Source: a virus
IMG/VR virus record: IMGVR_UViG_3300045988_084795
Length of the DNA stretch: 45,293 nt
Strand: one strand, 5' to 3'
In this document: one piece after another, positions 25,444 through 33,567 of the stretch
How positions within the stretch are numbered: position 1 is the first letter of the stretch
Layout: each line of letters begins with the position of its first letter
The notes under the pieces: generated by a model
Seen by the model: only the letters and a program-made list of their open reading frames with translations
What the model was told of the DNA's origin: nothing
The model's database searches: none
Made by a program: the position numbers and the translations under genes

Positions 25444-25952
25444 AAATACTCCGTTGGGTACATTCCCATATACAGTAGACTTACTCCGTTGGCATCTGTG
25501 ACACCCGATAAGTAGTCTCTTATTGTGTCAGAGTATAACTGCTTTTGTGCTTCCTTATCCGCTAGACACTTATCTATCAATGTAGCCGTACCTGCGTTAC
25601 TGGAAGTCACATAGCTTATACTCTCGTTTCCTGCACTCTTAGATGCTACCTGCTTACTCATCACTGTTCCATCCTCTAACGCGATGTAACCCTGTGATGT
25701 TTCAACTCTTGCTTCTGCTTGTTCAATCTTATAAGCGATCGTCAGAAGCTCGCAAACACATCTTTTAACTGCTTCTGCATCATCTTCATCTGTTGGAAAA
25801 GCAATCTTAAGTTTCTTCACATTGTCAACACCAGTCGTGGCATTATCTATCTTCTTGCAAGAATCCCAGACCAGACGATTAAAGTCTGCTTCTGGGATTG
25901 CTTTCTCTCCAAAAAGGGTTTTGTAATATTCATAGTCAACATAATTTGCCAT
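25440..25952 (-). CDS. Head-tail connector (gp6-like) protein
   Basis: ATG at 25952 with RBS AAGGAG. Positioned right after the major capsid gene. Confidence 0.5.
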   Translation of the reverse strand: MANYVDYEYYKTLFGEKAIPEADFNRLVWDSCKKIDNATTGVDNVKKLKIAFPTDEDDAEAVKRCVCELLTIAYKIEQAEARVETSQGYIALEDGTVMSKQVASKSAGNESISYVTSSNAGTATLIDKCLADKEAQKQLYSDTIRDYLSGVTDANGVSLLYMGMYPTEYL

Positions 25953-25968
25953 GAAATCGCACTCCTTT

Positions 25969-26988
25969 TTATCCGTTGGATTTAATAACACCCATGCGGA
26001 TATTCTTCTGGTTAAATGCTAAAGACCAGTTTCCTTTAGTTCCTAACTCTGCGTTTGTAGGAGACTCTTTTGCAATCTTGTTAGCATTAATAGAAAATCC
26101 GTTAGGATGTAATACATAACCCTGTTTTGTATACAGCTTTTCAATACCGGCAGATGTTTCTGGGTCATAGTCTGTATAATAAGGATTTTCATAGTTTGTC
26201 TTATCACAAGTCAATACTGAACCTGTACCAAGCATATAAGTTTTGTATACTGGGTTTGTTCCTGTTGTATCAACTGTAAATCTGTCTGTTACCAGTGGGA
26301 TAAATCCACCGATTGTAGGAAGATTTACTTCTCTTTCTACTGCGTTAGCAATAGTGTATTTGTTGTAGTCAACAAGTCCCATTGCTTTGTACTTTGCGTA
26401 GATGTAAGAGTTTAATACAAGTAATCCCATCTTGTCAGCGGAATCTCCTAAAGCTTTCTGCTGTGCAAAGATAAGTGTTGTATCATCAATTTTGTTTGCA
26501 TCTCCTACAGTGCCCTCGCCAGTTAAAGATAAGTCTGTAATATGGTTTTCCATACCAGACAGGCTTAAAACTGCATCAACTGTAGTCATTAAGTCACGTG
26601 TTCTTACCTGCTTATAGAAGCTTGCAACAGAGTTTGCAACATGAGTCATAGGGTCTGCACCTGTTAACTCTTTTGTAAAGTCTTTTGATTTCCAAGCTTT
26701 CATTCTCTGGATTAACATGCAAGTCTGTTTCTTTCCTGTGATTTCAACAGGTGTATTGTCTGTTTCTCCATCGTTGTTTAAAGCCTGTGAGTCCTGTTCA
26801 TCAATCGGTGTATAGAAAGGAATTGTTGCAACGTTTCCTTTTTCTCCGATTAAATCCATAATTGTATTGTCCTGTGCTAACACACCAGATGCAATAATCG
26901 CATCATTCCATGTTGGGTTTTCTGTCATATAACGAGAAAATTCTTCTGGGTCAAAATAAAAACCGCCAAATAATCCTGTTCTTGGCAT
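25969..26988 (-). CDS. Major capsid protein
   Basis: 339 aa, immediately downstream of the scaffold gene. A leader hairpin and strong RBS lie upstream. Confidence 0.75.
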   Translation of the reverse strand: MPRTGLFGGFYFDPEEFSRYMTENPTWNDAIIASGVLAQDNTIMDLIGEKGNVATIPFYTPIDEQDSQALNNDGETDNTPVEITGKKQTCMLIQRMKAWKSKDFTKELTGADPMTHVANSVASFYKQVRTRDLMTTVDAVLSLSGMENHITDLSLTGEGTVGDANKIDDTTLIFAQQKALGDSADKMGLLVLNSYIYAKYKAMGLVDYNKYTIANAVEREVNLPTIGGFIPLVTDRFTVDTTGTNPVYKTYMLGTGSVLTCDKTNYENPYYTDYDPETSAGIEKLYTKQGYVLHPNGFSINANKIAKESPTNAELGTKGNWSLAFNQKNIRMGVIKSNG

Positions 26989-27109
26989 AAAAAAAGTCCT
27001 TTCTACCCTAAATAAGAATAGATAAGGACTTTTATTTGTCCCATCTACCTACAACTATTAAGGGATTTTTAGGTTAGCGGCTCACTTCCATATTGTGAGT
27101 CGGTATTAT

Positions 27110-27739
27110 CTATCTGTCATTTAATAAGGTTGCATAGTATTCTGGGTCCTCTGCCTTAAGCTTCATTCTGTCGTCTAAAGACATTTCCCTTAACTTCTGT
27201 GTTCCCTTTTTCTGCTCTCCGCTGTTGAACTTAGTCGTAAAGCTTGGGATATTAGGAGCTGGTGCTTTCTTTTCGTCAACCAAGATGTTCTCAATTGGTT
27301 TCCCATCTTTAGTAGTAAGTTCTTTAAATACATCTTCTGCATTTTTCCCATTCTCTTCTTCTAACTTCTGAATCATCTGGGAACGGATAGAGTCTTCTGT
27401 GATTGCATTTACAAATTTTTTATCAGATAAGAAATCTTTTACCTTGTCTCTTAACTCTGTCTGCTTAGCTTCTTTTGCTCTTGCTTCTTTTTCGTCTGCA
27501 AGCTCCTGTGTTAATGTTGTAATCTTAGCTTTAAGACCGTCAACATCTTCTTTCTCTAATTCGGCTAATCTGGTCTGTACATCGTCTAAAGATGTTTTGT
27601 ATTCATCTTTTTTCTCTACCTGTTTATTATAATCAGCTACAGTCTTATAATTTTCGGCATGTCTTTTTTTAAGCTCTGCCTTTTTCTCTTCTGGGATTTC
27701 GATTCCTAATTCTGCTAAAATCTGTTCGTAATTCTGCAT
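27110..27739 (-). CDS. Scaffolding protein (GP20-like)
   Basis: Charged coiled-coil protein. The N-terminus (YEQILAELGIEIPEEKKAELKK...ENYKTVADYN) is typical of the phage GP20 scaffold family. Confidence 0.8.
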   Translation of the reverse strand: MQNYEQILAELGIEIPEEKKAELKKRHAENYKTVADYNKQVEKKDEYKTSLDDVQTRLAELEKEDVDGLKAKITTLTQELADEKEARAKEAKQTELRDKVKDFLSDKKFVNAITEDSIRSQMIQKLEEENGKNAEDVFKELTTKDGKPIENILVDEKKAPAPNIPSFTTKFNSGEQKKGTQKLREMSLDDRMKLKAEDPEYYATLLNDR

Positions 27740-27813
27740 ATATATCCTCCTACATTGTTTGTATACCGCTATGTCTGCGGTAATGAATTAAGACTTATAT
27801 ACCTAAGTCAAGG

Positions 27814-27842
27814 TAAAAGAAATGTGGGGACTTGAACCCCAC
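27814..27842 (-). terminator. Terminator closing the cargo island (the hairpin looks like a tRNA T-arm)
   Basis: The minus strand reads GTGGGG-TTCAAGT-CCCCAC followed by ATTTCTTTT. Confidence 0.5.
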
Positions 27843-27986
27843 TCGAGCCTCGAACTCTTTTCCTGTTGTCGTGTAACCAAAAACGCTTAAAAAACTCTGT
27901 ACTTACAAGGAGGCTGTGGCAAATCTGCATAATTCCTACATATTTATTGTAAACCCTAAAATATGCCGTTTCAATACCCTCTTTTT

Positions 27987-28409
27987 TTACATTTCCGCAA
28001 GTTTCTTTATCTGTCGCTGTATCTCTTTTCTCTCGTCCATAAAGTCAGAATCAATAACCATAGAAGAAAGCATATCATACACTTCCACCATCAATCTACC
28101 GACCGATTCCATAAGCTTATCACGGTGTCCTTGATCTCCGTTTTCTTTGTATGCCATTTTAGAACTTAAGTAGTTGTCATACAATGCATCTATATTTTTA
28201 TCATATTTGCCATTGCTGTACTTCTTAATAAGATTCTCTCCTGCATCCATGACGGTTTCCGCTATGTCTCCATGCTCCATCTTTTCCAGATTGCATAATG
28301 TTGTTGTAATCTTATACATTGCATCAAGATTAGATGTTGTGAGCTGTTTTAATGCTGAGTTTTTTTCTCTTTCTAGCTGTTCTTCCAGAACATGTTTGAT
28401 TTCACTCAT
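27987..28409 (-). CDS. Cargo island protein 6, helical, unknown function
   Basis: 140-aa ORF with a coupled start (it overlaps the upstream stop). Confidence 0.55.
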   Translation of the reverse strand: MSEIKHVLEEQLEREKNSALKQLTTSNLDAMYKITTTLCNLEKMEHGDIAETVMDAGENLIKKYSNGKYDKNIDALYDNYLSSKMAYKENGDQGHRDKLMESVGRLMVEVYDMLSSMVIDSDFMDERKEIQRQIKKLAEM

Positions 28410-28996
28410 AATTTGACCTCCTTAAGCTTCTTTTTGTATTTCTCATGAATGCAGTCCTGTGTCTCTGTAATATACACCATGTCGTATCCTACAGAGATTA
28501 GATCAGTAACCATCTTTTCAACCGTTTCTAGCTCTTTAGATACGTCTTTTACCAGACATTCTACAAATAGTGCATCCGATACGTTTCCGTTCGTTCTAAG
28601 TTGCTGTGCGTACTTCTCATAGGCTTCTTTTGTCTCTTTCTCCCAGTTGTGATACTCTATAAAGCCATCCTCTACGGCTTTTTGCTTTGTGGATTTTCCG
28701 ATACTTAGTCTACTGGCTGTATACCAAGAGTCGGGAATCACTTTTATAGTACCGCTAAAAGAATCTTTTAAAAGCTTGCCGTGATGATCTACAAAATACC
28801 TGCATATTTCACGTCTCTCCAAGCTTTCTGTAAGAAACTGGTATTCATGTAATCTTTTGTAGCCTTTCAAACCTAAGAAGTTGAAATAGTCTGCCATTTG
28901 ACCGTGTATCATCATAGCCGCTACATATCTTTTGTTGATCTCGTCAAAGATATCTTCTGTTTTTGTTACTTCAAGATTGTTTGTAAATTCAATCAT
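28406..28996 (-). CDS. Cargo island protein 5, helical bundle (ferritin-like pattern without obvious metal ligands; tentative)
   Basis: INKRYVAAMMIHGQMADYFNFLGLKGYKRLHEYQFLTESLERRE has ferritin/Dps-like helix A-B spacing. RBS AAGGAGGTG. Confidence 0.5.
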   Translation of the reverse strand: MIEFTNNLEVTKTEDIFDEINKRYVAAMMIHGQMADYFNFLGLKGYKRLHEYQFLTESLERREICRYFVDHHGKLLKDSFSGTIKVIPDSWYTASRLSIGKSTKQKAVEDGFIEYHNWEKETKEAYEKYAQQLRTNGNVSDALFVECLVKDVSKELETVEKMVTDLISVGYDMVYITETQDCIHEKYKKKLKEVKL

Positions 28997-29008
28997 GATC
29001 GCACCTCC

Positions 29009-29437
29009 TTAAGAGATACGCTTTATAATAATATTCGCATCTTTTACTATTGCCGTTGTTGTTCCTACATTTCCGATGCTTACGATTAAGCTACCGCCAG
29101 ATGGTACAGTTACAACCGTTGTTGCTCCCACGTTCTGAAATGTGTTCGCTGTAACTACTGTATAGTCCATTTCTGTTCCACCAATAGCTTCTCCGTTAAG
29201 CTCTACAGCAAGTGCCGTTGCTCCTGCTGCATTAGCGGATACATTTCCGTTAAATTCTACCTCTACAGTCATAGGACAGTTTGATCTATTCGTTAACGTA
29301 AACAGACCAGACCCCTCTACATGATTCAGCCACCCATAATTACAAGTACAACGTCTGCTACTATATCGTGTATTCGCAAATAGTACGTTTGCACCACTGT
29401 TTACATCCTGCTGTGCTACATTTACCGCATTTAACAT
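29009..29437 (-). CDS. Cargo island protein 4, beta-rich domain resembling BclA C-terminal / C1q-TNF-like domains (tentative)
   Basis: ATG at 29437 with RBS AGGAGGG. Pattern of alternating beta strands, N(G)xxIGG, and a C-terminus ...VKDANIIIKRIS like exosporium BclA-type domains. Confidence 0.5.
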   Translation of the reverse strand: MLNAVNVAQQDVNSGANVLFANTRYSSRRCTCNYGWLNHVEGSGLFTLTNRSNCPMTVEVEFNGNVSANAAGATALAVELNGEAIGGTEMDYTVVTANTFQNVGATTVVTVPSGGSLIVSIGNVGTTTAIVKDANIIIKRIS

Positions 29438-29542
29438 AATTTTCCCTCCTAAACAAAAATAGGATGCCGAACCCGACACCCTATCGTCAATATATTGCTA
29501 GTCTACTTAGTAGATATGGATTCTCCAACAAGCTTGATTTAT

Positions 29543-30232
29543 TTACACATTTACACTTCCGCAGTTGCAACCACCGTATGCATACCCATTATAGGATACA
29601 TAAGGACTTGCTGTAATGTATGCAGGTGTTGGGAATGGTCTAACAGCATCCACAATGTTCTTAGTCTGTGATACCTGCGAAATCTGGAAGTTAGATAACT
29701 GTAAGTCTCTATCTCTGTCCGCAAGTTTATCTCTAAGATTCTGGATTGTGTTGTCCTGCATCAACTGGCGTGTAGCCTGTCCGTCTGCGAGGATTGTTTC
29801 CTTAATATCACAGCAACACTGTGCCATCTGTGCCTGCATATTCTGGGCCATTAAAGCCGCATCATAGCGGTTCTGTAACACTTCTTTCTGTGTTTCACAG
29901 CAACAAGCCTGCTGTTGTGCCTGCATCTGCTGTAATCCTAACTGTGTTGTGTATCTGCTTTCTAATACGTCTCTCTGTGTCTGACAAGCTGTATTAGATA
30001 CGTTCTGGTTTGTATTGAAAATATCTCTCTTAACAAACTCATCGGATAAGAAAGCATTTTCGCCTGCGGTCGTTGCGGTATCGTTATTTCTTCCCCATCC
30101 GTTACCACAGAAAAGGAAAGCAATTAAGATAATCCAAATCCACCAACCACCGTTGCCGAAGCCGTTATCATATCCGTCATTTCTTGTCACTGCCGCTACA
30201 TCTGCCGCAGTGAGTCCCATTGCTTCATTCAT
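29543..30232 (-). CDS. Cargo island protein 3: G/N/W-rich membrane anchor plus a duplicated Q-rich coiled segment with Cys triplets
   Basis: GFGNGGWWIWIILIAFLFCGNGWG. Two copies of Q..R..L..RY...L..Q.MQAQ..(A)CCC(E/D). C-terminus YGGCNCGSVNV. Confidence 0.6.
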   Translation of the reverse strand: MNEAMGLTAADVAAVTRNDGYDNGFGNGGWWIWIILIAFLFCGNGWGRNNDTATTAGENAFLSDEFVKRDIFNTNQNVSNTACQTQRDVLESRYTTQLGLQQMQAQQQACCCETQKEVLQNRYDAALMAQNMQAQMAQCCCDIKETILADGQATRQLMQDNTIQNLRDKLADRDRDLQLSNFQISQVSQTKNIVDAVRPFPTPAYITASPYVSYNGYAYGGCNCGSVNV

Positions 30233-30282
30233 TGTTGTTGTCCTCCATAAATTTATTTACCAAGCTGTGCACCGCTTAATAT

Positions 30283-30540
30283 CTATTTATTCACTTTATC
30301 CACAATATCCTGTGGATTCATGCCCTGCTGTTGGCATAAGTTGTTAAACACTTCCTGTGGGTTCTTCCCACTGCACATTTCCATTGCCTGCTTAATCGCA
30401 GGATTTGTCTGTGCCATACTTTCAACCATAGACTGCGGATTGTTAGACCCTCTTACCATGCCCATTACCTGCTGTACCATTTGCATAGGGTTGTTGTTTC
30501 CTATCATACCGCCTATCATGTTCATTAAAGGATTACTCAT
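30283..30540 (-). CDS. Cargo island protein 2, Met/Asn/Gln/Pro-rich, low complexity
   Basis: MSNPLMNMIGGMIGNNNPMQMVQQVMGMVRGSNNPQSMVESM... The start overlaps the upstream stop. Confidence 0.55.
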   Translation of the reverse strand: MSNPLMNMIGGMIGNNNPMQMVQQVMGMVRGSNNPQSMVESMAQTNPAIKQAMEMCSGKNPQEVFNNLCQQQGMNPQDIVDKVNK

Positions 30541-30970
30541 TGCTTAACTCTCCTTTCTCTGGTTGCTCTCCTAGCTTTGCTAGAAGTTCTTCAAACTCTG
30601 TTCTTGTAACATATCTATTATCATAGTTTACATTTTGTTTTTGGGCGTTCTGCGTGGCTTCTGGCGGTATCTCCTCGAATCTAAATACCTTAAAAGTTGC
30701 ACTGCCCATTCCATCTACACTCTTTACATAAAAGAAAGGTGCGTTGTTGTCCATCATCCATGCTGTAGCCCCTGGCTGTACGATCTGGTTCTTTGCTCCC
30801 TCTATGCCTGCAACTTGTATCCAATTAACATTCTGTGTTGGAACTTGTGTCTCTGGCATTGGTTTATTGTACTGCTGTTGCATTTGCTGTAACTGATTTA
30901 GCCTATCCTGCAACTGCATTGTATCCTGCTGATACATTGGTGCATAAGGATTATAGTTATATCCGTTCAC
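30533..30970 (-). CDS. Cargo island protein 1, Q/N/Y-rich N-terminus plus a small globular domain
   Basis: GTG start with RBS GGGAGGTGG. The N-terminus reads NGYNYNPYAPMYQQDTMQLQDRLNQLQQMQQQYNKP. Confidence 0.55.
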   Translation of the reverse strand: MNGYNYNPYAPMYQQDTMQLQDRLNQLQQMQQQYNKPMPETQVPTQNVNWIQVAGIEGAKNQIVQPGATAWMMDNNAPFFYVKSVDGMGSATFKVFRFEEIPPEATQNAQKQNVNYDNRYVTRTEFEELLAKLGEQPEKGELSNE

Positions 30971-31060
30971 TCTTCCACCTCCCTTTTATGTGTAAATTAT
31001 CGCATTAAAAAAGAGACTCTAACAGGTCGTTAAAGTCTCATAAAAGTATCAGTATTAAGT

Positions 31061-31094
31061 TAAAAAATAGCACCATGATAGGGGTCATGGTGCT
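31061..31094 (-). terminator. Rho-independent terminator downstream of the tRNA
   Basis: AGCACCATGA (31069..31078) pairs with TCATGGTGCT (31085..31094). A T-run follows on the minus strand (plus-strand A-run at 31062..31067). Confidence 0.65.
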
Positions 31095-31237
31095 TAGGTT
31101 GAGATAAAATTGAGGAACACATATATGATTTGATAAAACCAGTTTAGTGTCATGATGAAAAATGAAAAATTCAAAACCAACAAAATCTTTACTTTGAGGA
31201 AATTTAAAAATTTCTTATGCCCACAACAGTGAGCAAA

Positions 31238-31311
31238 TGGAAGCAACAGGACTCGAACCTGTGACAGGTCGGTTATGAGCCGACTACTCTGACCAACTGA
31301 GTTATACTTCC
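31238..31311 (-). tRNA. tRNA with anticodon CAU (Met elongator, or Ile2 if lysidine-modified), 74 nt, no encoded CCA
   Basis: Hand-folded cloverleaf. Acceptor arm GGAAGTA/TGCTTCC (one G-U). D arm ACTC-AGTTGGTCA-GAGT. Anticodon arm GTCGG-CTCATAA-CCGAC. Variable loop CTGTC. T arm ACAGG-TTCGAGT-CCTGT. Discriminator A. Confidence 0.85.
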
Positions 31312-31532
31312 ACGGACTCCGTTAGGAATCCACCGTACTATATTGCATAAACAAAAATAAAAAAAGGATTAAAGTATTATAACATGAAAAAAGTATCTCC
31401 GAAACAAGCAACTATCATTTAAAACTAAAAAGGAAATCTTATAATTATTTATTCAACAACTTATTACTTGTTACATTTATATTGTATCATGGATTTTTAC
31501 CTTTTCAATCCCCCTCTTTTTTTCATTGTCCA

Positions 31533-31796
31533 TTACATATCAAATTTGACATTTTCCCACTTCTTATAAGCATCCATGTATAGCTCCCTCTTATCTCCGT
31601 TAAATGTCATTTCATAATACATTCCATCGGATAATGTCGTGCTTAACAGTGCTTTATGATTCTGTAATGTCTTAGCATACCAGACAACGTATATATCGTT
31701 GATCGTAAGATGTTTCTGATCTGTCTTATCAATATGATCATTCACATAATCTGCAATCTTGGCTTTGCATACTGCTAAAAATTCTCTACTTTCCAT
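31533..31796 (-). CDS. Hypothetical protein
   Basis: 87-aa co-oriented ORF with an RBS. Confidence 0.5.
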   Translation of the reverse strand: MESREFLAVCKAKIADYVNDHIDKTDQKHLTINDIYVVWYAKTLQNHKALLSTTLSDGMYYEMTFNGDKRELYMDAYKKWENVKFDM

Positions 31797-31805
31797 TTTC
31801 TTCTC

Positions 31806-32021
31806 CTAACATACTCTAATAATCTTATTATTAACTCTCCTGCTGATTCTCTTTGCTGTAGACAGACTTACGTTCATAAGCTCTGCACATTTCTCTAGTG
31901 GTATATTCTTTGCCCGATACTCGAACAATATTCTTTCAATATCTGTGAAGTTGCAATACATACGAAAACGATTTAGTTCTGGTATGGTAAAATCATATAC
32001 TTTCAAGTAGAAACACCTCAC
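31806..32021 (-). CDS. Small sigma-70 region-4 / ArpU-RinA-like HTH transcription regulator (tentative)
   Basis: ERILFEYRAKNIPLEKCAELMNVSLSTAKRISRRV resembles region 4.2 / LuxR-type HTH. Confidence 0.45.
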   Translation of the reverse strand: MRCFYLKVYDFTIPELNRFRMYCNFTDIERILFEYRAKNIPLEKCAELMNVSLSTAKRISRRVNNKIIRVC

Positions 32022-32350
32022 TGTTTGTCGTGTGTTGTCAGTGCATTTATCAGATCGTCTCTGGTTTTTTTTAGACCCTCAATGTTGTTTCCAGTAATCT
32101 TATTCTCAATCAAATTAAACATACTCTTCATGACTAAGTTCATATCGTCTTGCTGTTTGTTGATCGTACTATAGTCACTATTGAGCTTTTGATTAATTTC
32201 TTTGATATCTGTTTCTATATGTTCTATTCGCTGTTCCAAATCGTCTGTAGGCTTCTTGTAATGCTTATAGGCAGTGTACAATACTCCTATAGCTCCACCA
32301 ATTGTAATAATCCACCCACAGGCTACCATAATTTCGTTTATAGTTTCCAT
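32018..32350 (-). CDS. N-terminally anchored coiled-coil membrane protein
   Basis: TM segment IMVACGWIITIGGAIGVLYTAY followed by heptad-like sequence. The start is coupled to the upstream stop. Confidence 0.5.
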   Translation of the reverse strand: METINEIMVACGWIITIGGAIGVLYTAYKHYKKPTDDLEQRIEHIETDIKEINQKLNSDYSTINKQQDDMNLVMKSMFNLIENKITGNNIEGLKKTRDDLINALTTHDKQ

Positions 32351-33567
32351 TATTTACCTCGTGCATTGTTGTATCGTGTCGCTGCACCTCGTGCTGAGGA
32401 TGCTTGACTCCTGTTCCAGTCTGCCGTGTTTAGTCGTTCGCTTTGCTTCTTAAGATTGTTCTCTTTGCAGTAATCATTGTAGGCTTTGTTCTGCTTCTGC
32501 AATAGTGCAGCCTTTTTTTGATACTCCATGTCAAGCTCGTGCTTTAAAGCTTCGTCCTTTGCATTATCCACAGCCGTTTTCATGCCGATTAACTGCCGTT
32601 TCGTCTTTCTGATACGTCTTTCAAGCTCTCTCTGTCGTTTCCGTTTCTCGTATTCTTTGCGATTCTCTTCGCTGTCGTAGTCCTCGAACGGATTATTTAT
32701 TCCATCCCCCGGTCCGTGGGAGTGTCGGCAGTTTGCCCCATGGATTCCCTGCACGTTTCCCATACCGCAGACCGAAAAAGGCGGAAATCTTGGGTCATTA
32801 CCGCTTTTGCTGTAAAACTTGCCTTGCCACCAGAAATGATTGGTTAAATTATCCCCACCGTTTCCGATTCTGGCTCCCAGATGGGCAGATGTTAGGATAA
32901 TATCCCAATCCATCTCGTCCATACGTGCGTCTGTAATATCTGCTGCCATCTGGCTTACACCAGTGCGGACCGCTCTTGCTGTAGCTGTCTCTATGCTGTC
33001 TCTACGTCCACTTGGATAAGTTACGTCTGCCCCTTTGTCTATAATGTTATTAACAGCTTCTTTAACCGCTTGTGTGTACCCTGTCGTACCGCTTGCAGTC
33101 TGTGTATATGCTTTATCCACTGCCTTAATGTAATTATCATGGCAAGCATTCGGCATCGTACCGGTGTAGTTATACATCTCTCCCTTGGTCTTTTCATAAT
33201 TCCTCTGCAACAATCGTTGCAGATAAGGACTTTCCCCGAGTGGTTTTGGTTCAAGACCTGCCTTTTTATATACTGCATCATCCCACTCTAAGGCTTTTAT
33301 ACCTGCTTCTTTCATGGTCCGTGCAATTGTATCAATTCCTATCTTTGTTGTTTGTGCAATCTCTTTCTGTACCGCTTGCAAGATATACCCTGCATCCTGC
33401 AATACATCCATCTGCCACTTGTCAATAGAAGTAAAAAGGTAATCTTCCCCACGTCCTAGCCTTATCATCATTCGTTCGACGATTACAGATACAATCTTAT
33501 TATGTAGCTCTTCCGCTTGCTTCTCTGCCTTTTCTGGCACATACCATAAGTAATCTGGCGTTAGCAT
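32350..33567 (-). CDS. Minor head / head morphogenesis protein (minor capsid protein 2 / Mu F-like)
   Basis: Immediately after the portal gene. ILTSAHLGARIGNGGDNLTNHFWWQGKFY is typical of this family. Confidence 0.75.
   Translation of the reverse strand: MLTPDYLWYVPEKAEKQAEELHNKIVSVIVERMMIRLGRGEDYLFTSIDKWQMDVLQDAGYILQAVQKEIAQTTKIGIDTIARTMKEAGIKALEWDDAVYKKAGLEPKPLGESPYLQRLLQRNYEKTKGEMYNYTGTMPNACHDNYIKAVDKAYTQTASGTTGYTQAVKEAVNNIIDKGADVTYPSGRRDSIETATARAVRTGVSQMAADITDARMDEMDWDIILTSAHLGARIGNGGDNLTNHFWWQGKFYSKSGNDPRFPPFSVCGMGNVQGIHGANCRHSHGPGDGINNPFEDYDSEENRKEYEKRKRQRELERRIRKTKRQLIGMKTAVDNAKDEALKHELDMEYQKKAALLQKQNKAYNDYCKENNLKKQSERLNTADWNRSQASSARGAATRYNNARGK

Noticed and set aside
27814-27900. A possible second tRNA, suggested by GTGGGGTTCAAGTCCCCAC, which looks like a T-arm.
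   Set aside because: I could not build an acceptor stem, D-arm or anticodon arm from the flanks. The hairpin is followed by a T-run and sits at the end of an operon, so it is called a terminator (possibly tRNA-derived).
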